Source of the DNA: Alphaproteobacteria bacterium
Lineage (GTDB): Bacteria; Pseudomonadota; Alphaproteobacteria; MPNO01
DNA length: 64,000 nucleotides
Direction of reading: 5' to 3'
Assembly: GCA_965248835.1 (NCBI GenBank)
Contig: CBDFLJ010000002.1
Coordinates: forward strand, 768,001 to 832,000
Made by a program: the position numbers and the translations under genes
Shown here: in pieces, positions 41,498-52,080 of the stretch
Numbering within the stretch: position 1 is the stretch's first letter
Layout: each line of letters starts with the position of its first letter
Notes under the pieces: model-generated
The model's database searches: none
Told to the model about the DNA's origin: nothing
Seen by the model: the letters and a program-made list of their open reading frames with translations, nothing else

Positions 41498-42217
41498 ATG
41501 GCGACCTACGTACTGGTTCACGGCGCGTGGCATACCGGCGCGTTGCTGGAGCCGACCGCGGTGCCGATCCGGGCGGCGGGCCATAAGGTTCATACGCCGA
41601 CCCTGGCCGGCAACCGGCCCGGCGACCGCAAGGACACCGGGCTCGAGGAGGCGATCCGATCGCTCGTCGATTACTTCGAAGCCAACGACCTGTCGGATGC
41701 GGTCCTGCTCGGCCACAGCTATGGCGGGATGGTGATCACCGGCGTTGCCGACAGGATACCGCAGCGAATCCGCCGCCTGGTCTATTGGAACGCATTCGTG
41801 CCCAATGACGGCGAGGCGCTGCAGGACATGGTGCCGCCGCACTATGTCGAAATGTTCGCGGCACTGGAGCAGGAAGACGGTTCGGTGACGCTGCCGTTCG
41901 AGATCTGGCGCGAAGCCTTCATCAACGATGCCGATGCGGAACTCGCCCGGGCGGCTTACGACCAGCTCAACCCGCATCCGAACAAGACCTTCGGCGATCC
42001 CATCGCGCTCAAGACGAACCCCGCCGCGATGCAGATCCCGAAATCCTACCTCTACTGCACCGAGGACACGTCGCTGCCGCAAAGCCTGCCCTGGCATCCG
42101 CGGCTGTCGGAAAAGCTCGGGCTGTTCCGCCTCGTGCAGTGTCCGGGCAGCCACGAGCTGTGCTTCACCAATCCCAACCTGCTGGCCGAGAAAATCATGA
42201 AAGCCGGCCGGGACTGA
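41498..42217 (+). CDS. Alpha/beta hydrolase (esterase)
   Basis: VLVHGAWH, GHSYGG, GSHE; GGAGG RBS. Confidence 0.92.
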   Translation: MATYVLVHGAWHTGALLEPTAVPIRAAGHKVHTPTLAGNRPGDRKDTGLEEAIRSLVDYFEANDLSDAVLLGHSYGGMVITGVADRIPQRIRRLVYWNAFVPNDGEALQDMVPPHYVEMFAALEQEDGSVTLPFEIWREAFINDADAELARAAYDQLNPHPNKTFGDPIALKTNPAAMQIPKSYLYCTEDTSLPQSLPWHPRLSEKLGLFRLVQCPGSHELCFTNPNLLAEKIMKAGRD

Positions 42218-42254
42218 GGTCGGGCGCGGCGGCCGCGCGCGCCGCCGCCGGACG

Positions 42255-42473
42255 CTATCGCGCGTGCAGCGACACGAAGCCGCGGCGGAACAGGGTCCGC
42301 AGCGCGTCCTCGGCGGCCTCCGGCAGCACGCCCGGCAGCGCGTCGCGGAGCACCGACAGGTTCCTGGCGTCGGTCATCAATTCCTCGATCTCGCGGCCGA
42401 TCATCGCCTCGATCGACGGCTCGGGCGCGGCCGCGCCCTGATCGTCCTGCGGCAGATCGTCGTCATCCGGCAT
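42255..42473 (-). CDS. Small acidic hypothetical protein
   Basis: 72-aa ORF with GAGGA RBS. Confidence 0.4.
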   Translation of the reverse strand: MPDDDDLPQDDQGAAAPEPSIEAMIGREIEELMTDARNLSVLRDALPGVLPEAAEDALRTLFRRGFVSLHAR

Positions 42474-42522
42474 GTCGTGTCCTCGTCCTGATCTCGTGCG
42501 GCCGCGGCCGGGCGCTTGTGGG

Positions 42523-42711
42523 CTATCGGCGGTCGTCCCCGCGGCGGATCGCCTTGACGCCGCCGAGCTCGCGGACGACCTGTGCGACGGCTCTTTTGGG
42601 CCGGCCGACGCTCTCGGCGGTTTGCGCGATCGACAGCCCCTCGCGGACGCGCTTGCGCACGCGCGCGCGGATCCGGTCGTCGATCGGCGGGTAGCGGTGC
42701 GGGTCAGCCAT
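42523..42711 (-). CDS. Small HTH protein
   Basis: REGLSIAQTAESVGRPKRAVAQVVR. Confidence 0.5.
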   Translation of the reverse strand: MADPHRYPPIDDRIRARVRKRVREGLSIAQTAESVGRPKRAVAQVVRELGGVKAIRRGDDRR

Positions 42712-43189
42712 CGGCGGTCGCAGACATCCTGTGTCGGCTCCTCTGCTGTTCGCGGGAAGGGTCTCGGCGGCGCCGGTCCTGTTGCCGCCGCCGGCTGCGC
42801 AGGATTTCACCGGACGACGAAGCGCCGCTTGCCCACGTGTCGCTTGGGAGCCGCTCGGGGCTGCGCACGGCTCGGGCGATCGTCCTGACGGCAGGCAATC
42901 AAAAACCCGCCGCGGTGATCCCGGGCGGGTCTGATCTGGTCGCACTTGTGGCGCGTCGCGAATCGCCTTACGCCGCATATGAACCGCTTGTCAAGAAGGA
43001 CCGCGCGCAGCGCCGGCCGGCGTCGTGCCGATCCCGGACGATCGCCCCGCGCGCCAGCAGGACGCCCAGCGGGTACTCGGCTCGTTGGTCGCCGATGCCG
43101 CGTGCGTCCCATAGTGGCGCTCGAAACCCGCGCCGGCATTCGGGCGTGCCGCGATCGGGCCTGCGGCGCACCGGCGGGATGCCGCGCGG

Positions 43190-43345
43190 CCGGAACAGGT
43201 CGATAAAGCCCGAGCGATTTTCCAGCTTCGCTTCATGCTCCGCGCCCGCGCGGCGGTGCGGCGTCGAACGCCGAACGCCGCGAAGAAATCGCCGTCGAAG
43301 CTCTGCGTGTCGCTCTTCTCGCTTGCCGCGTCCCCGCGGTCGCTG
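43190..43345 (-). pseudogene. N-terminal remnant of an MmeI/YeeA-like restriction-modification enzyme
   Basis: EKSDTQSF..DFFAAFGVRRR and KLENRSGFIDLF across a frameshift. Confidence 0.6.
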
Positions 43346-43439
43346 GAAGCGGCAAGCGCAGATCCGCGGCGGGCATCGGGACGGCTGATCCCGCGTACCG
43401 CGCCGGCCGGGCGCGATACGCCGATCGAGGCGGTCCGAG

Positions 43440-43820
43440 GTGAAGCCGGACCGGCTCGCCCTGGTCGATAGCAAGATGGGGCGGAGGCGCGTCCTGCTCG
43501 GTGAACCGGCAAGGACATTGCTCGACCGTCCGTCGGCGCCGGCCTCCGGCGGATGGGTGTTTCCCGGCGCACGCGCCGGCGAGCCGTTAGGCAAGAATGC
43601 GCTCTATCACTTCCGGATCAAGGCGCGTGACCACGCCGGTATCCTCGCCGATCCGCGGCTTCACGATCTGAGGCATTCTCGCGCCTTCCATGCGGTCATG
43701 CAGGGAGAAGGCCTGCACATGACAGGACGCCTGCTCGGGCACCGGCGCGGCACCACCAGTAACCGCTGCACCCATCTCGATGACGCCACGCCAAGCGCCG
43801 CCGAACGAATTGGAAATCCC
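43440..43820 (+). pseudogene. Degenerate tyrosine recombinase C-terminal remnant
   Basis: DSKMG, WVFPG, LHDLRHS, LLGHRRGTTSNRCTH (catalytic Tyr lost). Confidence 0.8.
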
Positions 43821-44017
43821 ATCGCGACTGCACCGGGCCAACCGATCGAGTTGTATGGTGAATTGCGGATCAACGCGTAAGCTTCCGTTTCTAAAGGTAC
43901 TCGCGAAATATCCGAGCACGTGTGATCAAAAACGGTCGTATTGGATAGCCGCCATAACTCCGTTCAGAACCACGTCTCGGAGTCCGGCGGTCGCTGCGAA
44001 TCCACCGCCATAAGCTG

Positions 44018-44413
44018 CTAGGCGTCGCCGAGGACCGCGATCCCCTGGATCTCTACCATCATGTCCGGGTGGGCCAATCCGGCGCAGGTAATCAGCGCGC
44101 TGCCCGGATAGTCGCCGCTCGGGAAGAACTCCTTCCGGATGTCGGTGAAGGTCTTGGAATGGCGGGCATCGAGGATGAACACCGTCATCGTGACCATGTC
44201 CTGCAGCGTCGCGCCGGCGCGCGCAAGCGTCGCCTCGAGCATACGGAACGACGCCCGTGTCTGGGCGGCGAAGTCGCCCGCAAGCGAGTCGCCGTTCTCG
44301 TCCACCCATGCGCCGTGACCTGCGGCCCAGACTGTCTGCCCGCCGGAAGTCTTGACGCAAGGTGAGAAGGAGTAGCCCGACTGCCAATCGCCCTTGAAGT
44401 ACTCGCGCGCCAT
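44018..44413 (-). CDS. RidA/YjgF/UK114 family protein
   Basis: GDFAAQTR, AGATLQDMV, LAHPDMMVEIQGIAV. Confidence 0.9.
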   Translation of the reverse strand: MAREYFKGDWQSGYSFSPCVKTSGGQTVWAAGHGAWVDENGDSLAGDFAAQTRASFRMLEATLARAGATLQDMVTMTVFILDARHSKTFTDIRKEFFPSGDYPGSALITCAGLAHPDMMVEIQGIAVLGDA

Positions 44414-44654
44414 TTCCGTTCTCCCGGCTCGGTTGTTTTAACGAGGTCGCTTTCAATATTGATTTTCCATGTGCAGCCCGCCGGCCCATCGAGCGTGACA
44501 CGGAGCGGTTCGAGCTGCAACCCATCGGCGTCTGCCGGCCGGCTGCGAGCGGATCCGATTGATCGAGGCCCATGATCCGGGCGCACCGATCCTGTCGGCG
44601 GCGGGGGAGCGAGCTGTCGAGAAGAACCGCGCGCCGGCTTGGACCTGGCCGTCG

Positions 44655-45020
44655 TCAGCAGCCGTCGTGTTCGCCCGCGCCGACATGGCGAGGCATATCC
44701 ATCGAATCATGCAGCAGGCGAAGCACGTCGATCGTGGGCGGATCCGCCGGATCGCCAACCCGGTACAACACCAGGTGCCGGGCTTTTCGTCCTCCGCGCG
44801 CCGCATGCAGAGTCATGAGTCCTTCCGCAATTCCATCGCGTTTCCGCGACCCGGCAACTTGAGGTCCTGCCGCCAGCGCTTCGATGGCGCGCGTCAGGGT
44901 CTGTGCATAGACGCGCGCCTGCGCTTCCCCGAACTGCTCCGACGTCCAGCGGAGAATGTTCCGGAAATCGTCTTCGGCCGCGGCTGCCAGACGGACCCGC
45001 CAACGGCCGCGGCCGGTCAT
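44655..45020 (-). CDS. parE: ParE/RelE toxin
   Basis: VRLAAAAEDDF...FGEAQARVY...VLRLLHDSMD. Confidence 0.88.
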   Translation of the reverse strand: MTGRGRWRVRLAAAAEDDFRNILRWTSEQFGEAQARVYAQTLTRAIEALAAGPQVAGSRKRDGIAEGLMTLHAARGGRKARHLVLYRVGDPADPPTIDVLRLLHDSMDMPRHVGAGEHDGC

Positions 45021-45322
45021 TACCCGCTGTCGGGGTTCGACGAGGAATTGCCAAGCGCTTCGGCCGCCAGAGAGGAAAGATGATCCTGTAATGAATCCGC
45101 CGCATCAAACGCGCGGAAACGCCCTGCCGCGATGTCGGCAATGCCCGCTTCCGCGGCCTCGCGCATTATCTTGAGGCGGAATTCGTCCTCCATCTCCTGC
45201 CGCTCGACCAGCCTGAGACCCTCGCGCATCACTTCGCTGGCATTCTGGTAGCGGCCCGATGTCACCAACTTGGCGACCAGGGCGGCCTGATGATCGGTGA
45301 GGACGACGTTGCGCGTCGGCAT
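45020..45322 (-). CDS. parD: ParD antitoxin
   Basis: MPTRNVVLT...SGRYQNASEVMREGLR; upstream palindrome TGGCATATTATGCCA. Confidence 0.9.
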   Translation of the reverse strand: MPTRNVVLTDHQAALVAKLVTSGRYQNASEVMREGLRLVERQEMEDEFRLKIMREAAEAGIADIAAGRFRAFDAADSLQDHLSSLAAEALGNSSSNPDSG

Positions 45323-45514
45323 GATCGAAGCTCCCTGGCAGGCGATCATGGCATATTATGCCAATGATATGCCCCTTGCAAGCCGACGGACGCCGGGGTC
45401 GGGCGACGCCCGTCAAGGCTCCGGAAATGCGAGCCTGCCATGTTCCCACAAGGCGTGTCGCGGCCATTGTCCGGTGGCGACCGCGCGCAAAGGTCATCGC
45501 CGTTGCGCCCCGCC

Positions 45515-45965
45515 GCGACAGCGCCACGTTCGCGGACGGGCCGGCCCTGCCGTTCAGCAGACGCGGCGGCGTGCCCCGCTCGCAATGCAGACGGGCCGCC
45601 GTCTCGGTGACGTTCCAGCCGACCTCTTCCATGCTCTCGTGGATCAGTTCGCCCAGATGCGGCGGGTTCGGCATGGCGCCGACACGTTCGCTGCTGCTCT
45701 CGTTCATGGCTCGGCGCTCCCTTACGATCGGTGATCGTCGATCAGGTCCACATCCACGGCCGCGCCGTCCTCGAAGCGGAACACCACGCGTCCGTTGCCC
45801 GATACGCGCACGCCCCACCGGCCCGCCCGGTGTCCCTTCAGCGGATGCGGACGGAAGCCGGGTGCGTCCGCGCTACCCGGATGCGCCGGAGCCGCGCCTG
45901 CCGAGCGGGGCAGCCGGGCGGCGTCGCCGCCGAATCGCGCGCTGGCGCTGCGCGTCGCTCAAACA
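45515..45965 (-). pseudogene. Decayed paralogue of the higBA operon at 16214-16820
   Basis: NPPHLGELIHESMEEVGWNVTETAARL truncated; higB part carries a 28-nt deletion. Confidence 0.85.
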
Positions 45966-45974
45966 TCACGCCGC

Positions 45975-46215
45975 GAATTCCGGCTTCGGGTGATCAGCGC
46001 GGGTTCGGCCAGGCGGGGCAGGGGGCGCGTGCGCCTCGGCAGGCGCCGAAGCCGATGGTTGCGTGGCCGGCTCGCTCGGCCCTTGCACCGAAGGATATTT
46101 CGTCGCCGTCTTCGAGCCAGATCCGCTCCTCGCCGCCGATGGTGAGCGTGTCGCGCCCCTTCCGCTCGATGCCCCCCCGCAACGCGGCGAGCTCGGCGCC
46201 GCGCGCCGCTGCGAC
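45975..46215 (-). pseudogene. Duplicated 3' end of the fumarylacetoacetase gene
   Basis: Near-identical to ~50030-50225 including downstream bases. Confidence 0.85.
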
Positions 46216-46283
46216 TTCGCAAGCAACCGCGTGGAGCGCGGCCGAGCGATCGCGATCTTCAATCAGGTCCTGTCTCCAGCGGA

Positions 46284-46733
46284 TCATCGCGGCGTATCGG
46301 TCCAGGGGTCGACGAATTCAACGCCCGTGTTGCGGAACTCGCTCACGTTCCGGGTGACGATCGTGAGATGGCGACAAGCCGCCGTCGCCGCGAGAAAAGC
46401 GTCCGGCAGGTGGTCGTCGAGCGGCTCGCCCCGTCGCCGCTTCTGTTCCATGATGCGGGCGCACGCACGGGCATCTGCCAGGGTCCAATCGACGATCCGG
46501 TCCTCGAACAGATCGTCGAGCAGGTCTTGAAACCGCCCCGTCAAGTCATCCCGGCGCCGTCCAGGATCGAGGCGGCCGATGCCGTCGAGAATTTCCCACA
46601 CGGTGACAGCGGCGACACCGATCCCCTCGGCGGCGATCGAATCGAGAAAAGCGGCAACAGGCGGATCCGGGTTGGGCCGCATCATCTCCGAGACGACGTT
46701 CGCATCAAGCAGCCAGGCGATTGGCGCGGTCAC
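46284..46733 (-). CDS. vapC: VapC/FitB PIN toxin
   Basis: LLDANVVSE, DAFLAATA, TRNVSEF...VDPW; GTG overlaps the antitoxin stop. Confidence 0.9.
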   Translation of the reverse strand: MTAPIAWLLDANVVSEMMRPNPDPPVAAFLDSIAAEGIGVAAVTVWEILDGIGRLDPGRRRDDLTGRFQDLLDDLFEDRIVDWTLADARACARIMEQKRRRGEPLDDHLPDAFLAATAACRHLTIVTRNVSEFRNTGVEFVDPWTDTPR

Positions 46734-46987
46734 GTCTCGTTCTCGTCGACGAATTCGACGGGCCTGTAGCCGTAGCGCCCGAGCGGCGGCAGTTCGACAC
46801 CGTGCTCGGGTCCGAAATGCCGCTCGAAGGCCTCCGACGGCTTTGGCCGGCGCTCGGTCTTGACCCGCTTCTCGCGAATGAGGCGACGGACGAACTCTTC
46901 CATCGAAACGCCGACGTGACGCGCCTCGCGCTTGAGCCACGACTTGTCTGCGGGATCGATATCGCGGACGGTGATGGTCGAGCTCAT
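46730..46987 (-). CDS. FitA-like RHH antitoxin
   Basis: TITVRDID...VSMEEFVR; two GCTAGC palindromes upstream (~47038-47057). Confidence 0.85.
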   Translation of the reverse strand: MSSTITVRDIDPADKSWLKREARHVGVSMEEFVRRLIREKRVKTERRPKPSEAFERHFGPEHGVELPPLGRYGYRPVEFVDENET

Positions 46988-47104
46988 CGCGGCAGCCTCC
47001 TTGTCGGGCGGTGTGTCGATCGACCGGCCTGCCGCAAGCTAGCAAAACATGCTAGCAAATACAAGGTAAGGAAAACCGTTCATGTCGGCGCGGATGCCTT
47101 GGCC

Positions 47105-47260
47105 CGGGCGCGCCGCGGCTGGCGGCGTTTCGGCAAGGGCAATCATCCCGTGGGGTTGAGCTTCGGCGACGGCTTCGCCTATGCGCTCGCCGACACGATG
47201 GGCGTGCCGCTGCTGTTCAAGGGCGGGGACTTCGCCCGCACCGATATCGCGGCGGGATGA
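47105..47260 (+). pseudogene. vapC 3' fragment, paralogue of 57615-57768
   Basis: WRRFGKGNHPVGLSFGDGFAYALA...LLFKGGDF. Confidence 0.85.
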
Positions 47261-47633
47261 GCGGGCGCATGCGCCGGCAAGGCGCGGCTTTACGGACCTC
47301 CGGTGCCGTCACCTCCTGCTAAATAACCGGCTCGCCCGCCAGCACCTGTATGCGGGCCAAGCACGGGATAAGCACACCGGAGGGTCACTGTCTCAGTAGT
47401 CGCTTGGCCGATTGAGTTCGCCAACCAAAGTTTCGATCGGCAGTATTTTTGATCGGCGGTCGAGCGCGGTCTGCAGCCGCTTCAAGCTGACGTCAACGAA
47501 CTCCTCGAGAGTCTTCAACCACCTATCGGATCCGATCGTATCGTAGTCGTCGCGATCGTCACCACTCCGAAAGTTCATGGCGTCAAACTGGTATCGCAGG
47601 TCGACGGGCGCGACAGAGCACTTGTTCAGCGCC

Positions 47634-47951
47634 TCAGAGAAGCGTGCTTCGAGCGCGACGCCCCGGAATGCCGGGTCGGGTCGGCAGATGGCGGATTGCC
47701 GCGCCGGTTTCCCTATCGGCCCGGACCAGGTCGTACTGAGCCTGAAGGTTGAGCCAGAACAGGGGCTCGACGCTGAACCAATGGCCGAAGCGCAGCGCCG
47801 TGTCGCCGGTGACCGAACGCTTGCCGGCGATGATCTGGCTCACGCGGTTCGGGGGCACGGCGATCTGGCGCGCGAATTCCGTCGGGGTGATCCCCAACTC
47901 TTCCAGTTCGCCCTTCAAGGCCTCGCCGGGATGCACGGCTCTCATGAACAT
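47634..47951 (-). CDS. higA: HigA antitoxin
   Basis: AVHPGEAL, HTH, FWLNLQAQYDL. Confidence 0.9.
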   Translation of the reverse strand: MFMRAVHPGEALKGELEELGITPTEFARQIAVPPNRVSQIIAGKRSVTGDTALRFGHWFSVEPLFWLNLQAQYDLVRADRETGAAIRHLPTRPGIPGRRARSTLL

Positions 47952-47966
47952 GTGGGTCTCCCCTCT

Positions 47967-48240
47967 TCATCCGTGGTCGTCCACAATCTCGACATTGTCC
48001 GGTCCCGCCTGCCCCTCCGGCCACTCGAAACACAGCCTCCATTGCCGATTGATGCGAATGGAGTACTGGCCCGCCCTGTCGCCCGTTAGCGCTTCGAGAC
48101 GGTTTCCCGGCAAGGACCGCAGGGTATCGAGCGAAGGCGCGGCGTTCAGGATCGCCAGCCGCCGCGCGGCCTGGCTCTCGAAGCCCCGGAACGGCCTGAC
48201 GGATCGTCCTTCCGCGAACGCTCGTGAATGCCGGGCATGA
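47967..48240 (-). pseudogene. higB: HigB toxin with no clear start codon
   Basis: PGNRLEALTGDRAGQYSIRINRQWRLCFEW; degenerate N-terminus. Confidence 0.7.
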
Positions 48241-48439
48241 CGATGTACGTCAAGGATACATTCTCTATGCCCTCCGTGTCCGTTTGAGCGCCTCGGCCGG
48301 TCAAATCTTGACCGGGCCGCACGCCCTGTCGGGTCTGTCCGTCGACACGGGCTGTGTCGAGCCGCCCGACGCCGTCGCGGCGGGTTTGCCGGCCAGCCGA
48401 CCGAAGACGCCACCCCGGACAGGCTTGCTTGGACCGGAC

Positions 48440-48760
48440 AATGCGGGCCGTGCGATGACCGCTGCCACCTGCGCGGCGGCATCCCGCAAGGCGGCATCGT
48501 CGAGATGGGCATAGATCGCGGTGGTGGCGCGGCGCCGGTGTCCGAGCAGCCGCCCGACGGTGGCCAGCCCGACACCGTTCATCATGCCCTGAGCGGCGAA
48601 GCTGTGCCGCAGGTCATGAATACACATGCCGTTGAGGCCGGCTTCGGTCCGCAACCGTGCCCAGAGAGTATAGAGCCGCGATGACGTAAGGTCGCCGGGG
48701 AACACCCGGTCGTCCTCCTCGCGCCTGGGTAGCGACGCGAGGCAGCCCTCGACGGCCGCG
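48440..48760 (-). pseudogene. Tyrosine recombinase C-terminal remnant
   Basis: IHDLRHSFA...LLGHRRRATTAIYAHLDD. Confidence 0.85.
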
Positions 48761-48848
48761 CCGGCTTTCCAAGCTCGTCCGCTTCGCTTAACCTGACGTT
48801 CACTCTGGGAAGCATTGGAGGATTCGGCCGATGTCGTGGAGATGTGGT

Positions 48849-49565
48849 GTGAAGATTTTCGCGGGCGCGCTCGCGCTCTGCCTCGCGGTCCCGGTGGGGG
48901 CGCAGGCGGGGGAGCCGGGCAACGGCTGGTACGTCTCGGGTAATGTCGGCGCGGCATTTGCCGGGGCGTGGGATCACGAGTCCACGGTCGAGACGTTCGT
49001 TCGCCCACCGGACGAATACCGACGCTCGCTGGAGAAGGGTAAGCTCAAGACCGATAACGGTTTTGGGCTGAGCGCGGCTGTGGGCTACGGCCGGAAGAAC
49101 GTCCGGATCGAGGGCGAACTATCCTGGCTGCGGCTTGGCGTTGATTCGCTCGATTTCGACGGCACGGACGATTCGGATGAGGATACCGTCGACGAATGGG
49201 GTGGACGTGCGTCGATCCTCGGCCTGATGGCCAATGGTTACTACGATATCGATACGGGCACCAAGTGGGTTCCGTATATCGGCGGCGGCTTGGGGGCGGC
49301 GCGGTCGAATCTGAAGCTTAGCTTCACGTCGCGGGATCTGGCGACGGAGACCATGGAGACCGGCAGCGACAAAGATGCGGATTGGGTGCTGGCCTATCAA
49401 ATCGGCGCGGGCGTCGCCTACCCGGTGAGTGATTCCGTGATGGTGCAGCTTGGCTACCGGTTCTTCGGCACGAGCAAGGCGAAGTTCAAGTGGGAAGATG
49501 ACTTCATCACGAAGACCAAGTTGCAGTCCCACAAGATCGAGATCGGCGTTCGCTACCGGTTCTAG
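48849..49565 (+). CDS. Outer-membrane beta-barrel protein (OmpA-like/Msp4 type)
   Basis: Signal peptide; GWYVSG, MANGYYD, PYIGGGLG, AYQIGAG; terminal YRF. Confidence 0.9.
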   Translation: MKIFAGALALCLAVPVGAQAGEPGNGWYVSGNVGAAFAGAWDHESTVETFVRPPDEYRRSLEKGKLKTDNGFGLSAAVGYGRKNVRIEGELSWLRLGVDSLDFDGTDDSDEDTVDEWGGRASILGLMANGYYDIDTGTKWVPYIGGGLGAARSNLKLSFTSRDLATETMETGSDKDADWVLAYQIGAGVAYPVSDSVMVQLGYRFFGTSKAKFKWEDDFITKTKLQSHKIEIGVRYRF

Positions 49566-49744
49566 CCGCCGGCTTCGGACCCGTCTATAGGCCGGCGTCC
49601 CGTCTCGATTGCGGCGCCGGCCGCCTCAGCGCCCCGAGGGCTCCGGCAAAACGACGACGCTAGGTGACAACGGGGCGCCGGCTCATCACGAGCGCGGTTG
49701 AATTCAGCCCGGTGTCGCCGTTTTGTTCCATCGCGTGAGCGATG

Positions 49745-49930
49745 AGGTACCCGATTTTCCGCCGCCTCGACGAGGTGCACGTCTGCAATGTGCGCGTACC
49801 CCGCCGTGCAGCGGTGGCGCCGGTGTCCGAGCAGCTTGCCGACCAGGGGCAAATTTTCGCCCGACATCACGGCCTGGCTCGCATCGGTGCGGCGGAGGTC
49901 ATGCGGGTGCAGCCTGCCGCGCTTCACCTC
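49745..49930 (-). pseudogene. Tyrosine recombinase C-terminal remnant, same type as 18081-18590
   Basis: HDLRR...VMSGENLPLVGKLLGHRRHRCTAGYAH. Confidence 0.85.
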
Positions 49931-50052
49931 GCGCAGCATCGCTTCCATGTAGGCCGGCGTTACCGCGCGTGCCGAGCGGGACAGCGGGTCGATCGTCCCG
50001 GCGGCGATGTCGCGCCGGCACCCGGATCGCCGCGAACTTCGGCTTCGGGTGA

Positions 50053-51360
50053 TCAGCGCGGGTCCGGCCAGGCGGGGCAGGGGGCGAGTGCGCCTTGGCA
50101 GGCGCCGAAGCCGATGGTTGCGTGGCCGGACCGCTCGGCCCTTGCAGCGAAGGATATTTCGTCGCCGTCTTCGAGCCAGATCCGCTCCTCGCCGCCGATG
50201 GTGAGCGTGTCGCGGCCTTTCCGGTTGATCTCCGCAAGACAGGCGCGCGCGTCCTCGGACGCGCCCGAGACGGTGCCGCTGCCCAACAGATCGCCGGGCC
50301 GGAGCGCGCAGCCGTTGCTCGCGTGATGGCAGAGCATCTGCGCCGGCGTCCAGTAGCTGTCGCGGAAATTCGTCTTCACCACGGCCTGCGCCGGGACGTT
50401 CCGGCGGCGCATCGCCGCGGTCGACCAGTCGGCGAACATCGCGATATCGAGACCGCCGCCCGCCTGATCCGCGGCGCCGGTCAGATGCTCCGGCGGCGCC
50501 TTTCCGGCGGCGCGTTCGCGGGCCGGCGCGGCGAACGGAGCGAGCGCCTCGGCGGTCACCACCCAGGGCGAGATCGAGGTCATCAGGCTCTTGCCGAGGA
50601 ACGGGCCGAGCGGCTGGGATTCGAAGAACTGGATGCCGCGCGCCGACCAGTCGTTCAACAGGCAGTAGCCGAACACGTGCGCGCGCGCCGCGCCGATCGC
50701 GATCGGTGCGCCGATCGGGTTTCCCGGCCCGACGAAGATGCCGAGCTCCAGTTCGAAATCCTGCGCCGGCTCCGGGCCGAAGACGACCGCGCCGTCTGGG
50801 CCGGTGAATTGACCGCGCGGGCGGATGACAGGCGTGCCGCTGACCCGGACCGTCGTTGCGCGGCTGTGATAGGCGATCGGCACATGATCGAACGCCGGCG
50901 GCGGTTCGCCGGTCGGCGACATGCGCAGCATGTGATCGTGCGAGGTCAGGAAGTCGGTGAAGCTGCCGATTTCCGCCGGCAGCGCCATCGCCGCGCCGGC
51001 CATCGCGACTAGGCAGGGCTCGGCGTCGGCGCGGGCGGGATGGCCTTCGCTCAGGATCGCGCACGCCGCCGCCCGAAGGGTGGACGCGGCCTCGTTGCCG
51101 AGCGCCATGATCGGGTTGAGCGCCGGGCCCATCGCGGCGCGCGCGGCGTCTTGCGCATCGCCGCGGAACAGGCCGGCGCCGACGGCGGCGGCGAGGTCGA
51201 GGATCCGGTCGCCGATCGCGATCCCGCCGCGCGCCCCGCCGCGCGCGTCCGCGAAGACGCCGAGCGGCAGGTTCTGGATCGGGAAATCGTTGCCCTTCCG
51301 GTTGGCCGATGCCACCCAGCTCTTGCGGCCGGGGTCGTGGGTATCGTTGAGCGTCACCAT
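50053..51360 (-). CDS. fahA: Fumarylacetoacetase family protein
   Basis: DFPIQNLPLG, DFELELG, LLNDWSAR, PLGPFLGKS, GDLLGSGTVSG. Confidence 0.9.
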   Translation of the reverse strand: MVTLNDTHDPGRKSWVASANRKGNDFPIQNLPLGVFADARGGARGGIAIGDRILDLAAAVGAGLFRGDAQDAARAAMGPALNPIMALGNEAASTLRAAACAILSEGHPARADAEPCLVAMAGAAMALPAEIGSFTDFLTSHDHMLRMSPTGEPPPAFDHVPIAYHSRATTVRVSGTPVIRPRGQFTGPDGAVVFGPEPAQDFELELGIFVGPGNPIGAPIAIGAARAHVFGYCLLNDWSARGIQFFESQPLGPFLGKSLMTSISPWVVTAEALAPFAAPARERAAGKAPPEHLTGAADQAGGGLDIAMFADWSTAAMRRRNVPAQAVVKTNFRDSYWTPAQMLCHHASNGCALRPGDLLGSGTVSGASEDARACLAEINRKGRDTLTIGGEERIWLEDGDEISFAARAERSGHATIGFGACQGALAPCPAWPDPR

Positions 51361-51369
51361 GATGCCTCC

Positions 51370-52080
51370 CTAAAGCCGGCCTTCGCGCCGGTCGAAGAAA
51401 TAGCGGCCGGCCGCGCCGATGACCTCGATCCGGTCGAATTCGCCGGTCTCGCCGGCGAATTCGCAATAGCATGAAAACACGTTCGTCACGATGCGCTCGC
51501 GGTCGATTCAATCGGCGAAAGCGCCGAGGTCGATGTCGCGGCCCGCCGCCTCCCAGCCCATGCCGGCATCGTAGCGCTTGCGGGACTCGGTCTCGACGAA
51601 CAGGAGATAGTCCTTGAGGCCGCGGATCCCCCGCTTGTCGGTTATCGGGCCGTGGCCGGGGACCACGATATCCACATCCCAGCCCAGCATCAGGTCGCAG
51701 GCGTCGATCCAGTTGCCGATCGGTCCGCTCCAGATCACCGGGTGGCCGCCGATGAACACGATGTCGCCCGCGAAGACGACCCTGTCGTCGGGCACATGAA
51801 CGACGACGTCGCCTTTGGTGTGGGCCGGGCCGACCTCGATGAAACGCACTTCCTTCGCGCCCACATGGATGGTCTGTTCGCCGGAGAAGGTCCGACTCGG
51901 CAGTGTCTGGATGAAGCCCTCGGCGGAGAACCTTGTCCACATGACCTCGTTGAAGAACCGGCCGGCGTCGCCGAAATTCCGCCAGTCGAAGCGGATATGC
52001 CCGCGCGGGTCCTTCGGCCCGTCGGCGAATTCCCGCATCTCCTGGAGGCACGCGTCGGACGAGACGATCACCGCGCCGTC
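51370..52080 (-). pseudogene. 5'-truncated MBL-fold (cyclase-like) hydrolase with internal TGA at 51508
   Basis: AHTKGD, FAGD, VPGHG present; HxHxDH missing; frame continues past the stop to TAG at 51370. Confidence 0.75.

Noticed and set aside
51508-51510. Selenocysteine or TGA readthrough in the MBL gene
   Set aside because: The gene is already 5'-truncated; a simple TGG-to-TGA mutation is more parsimonious
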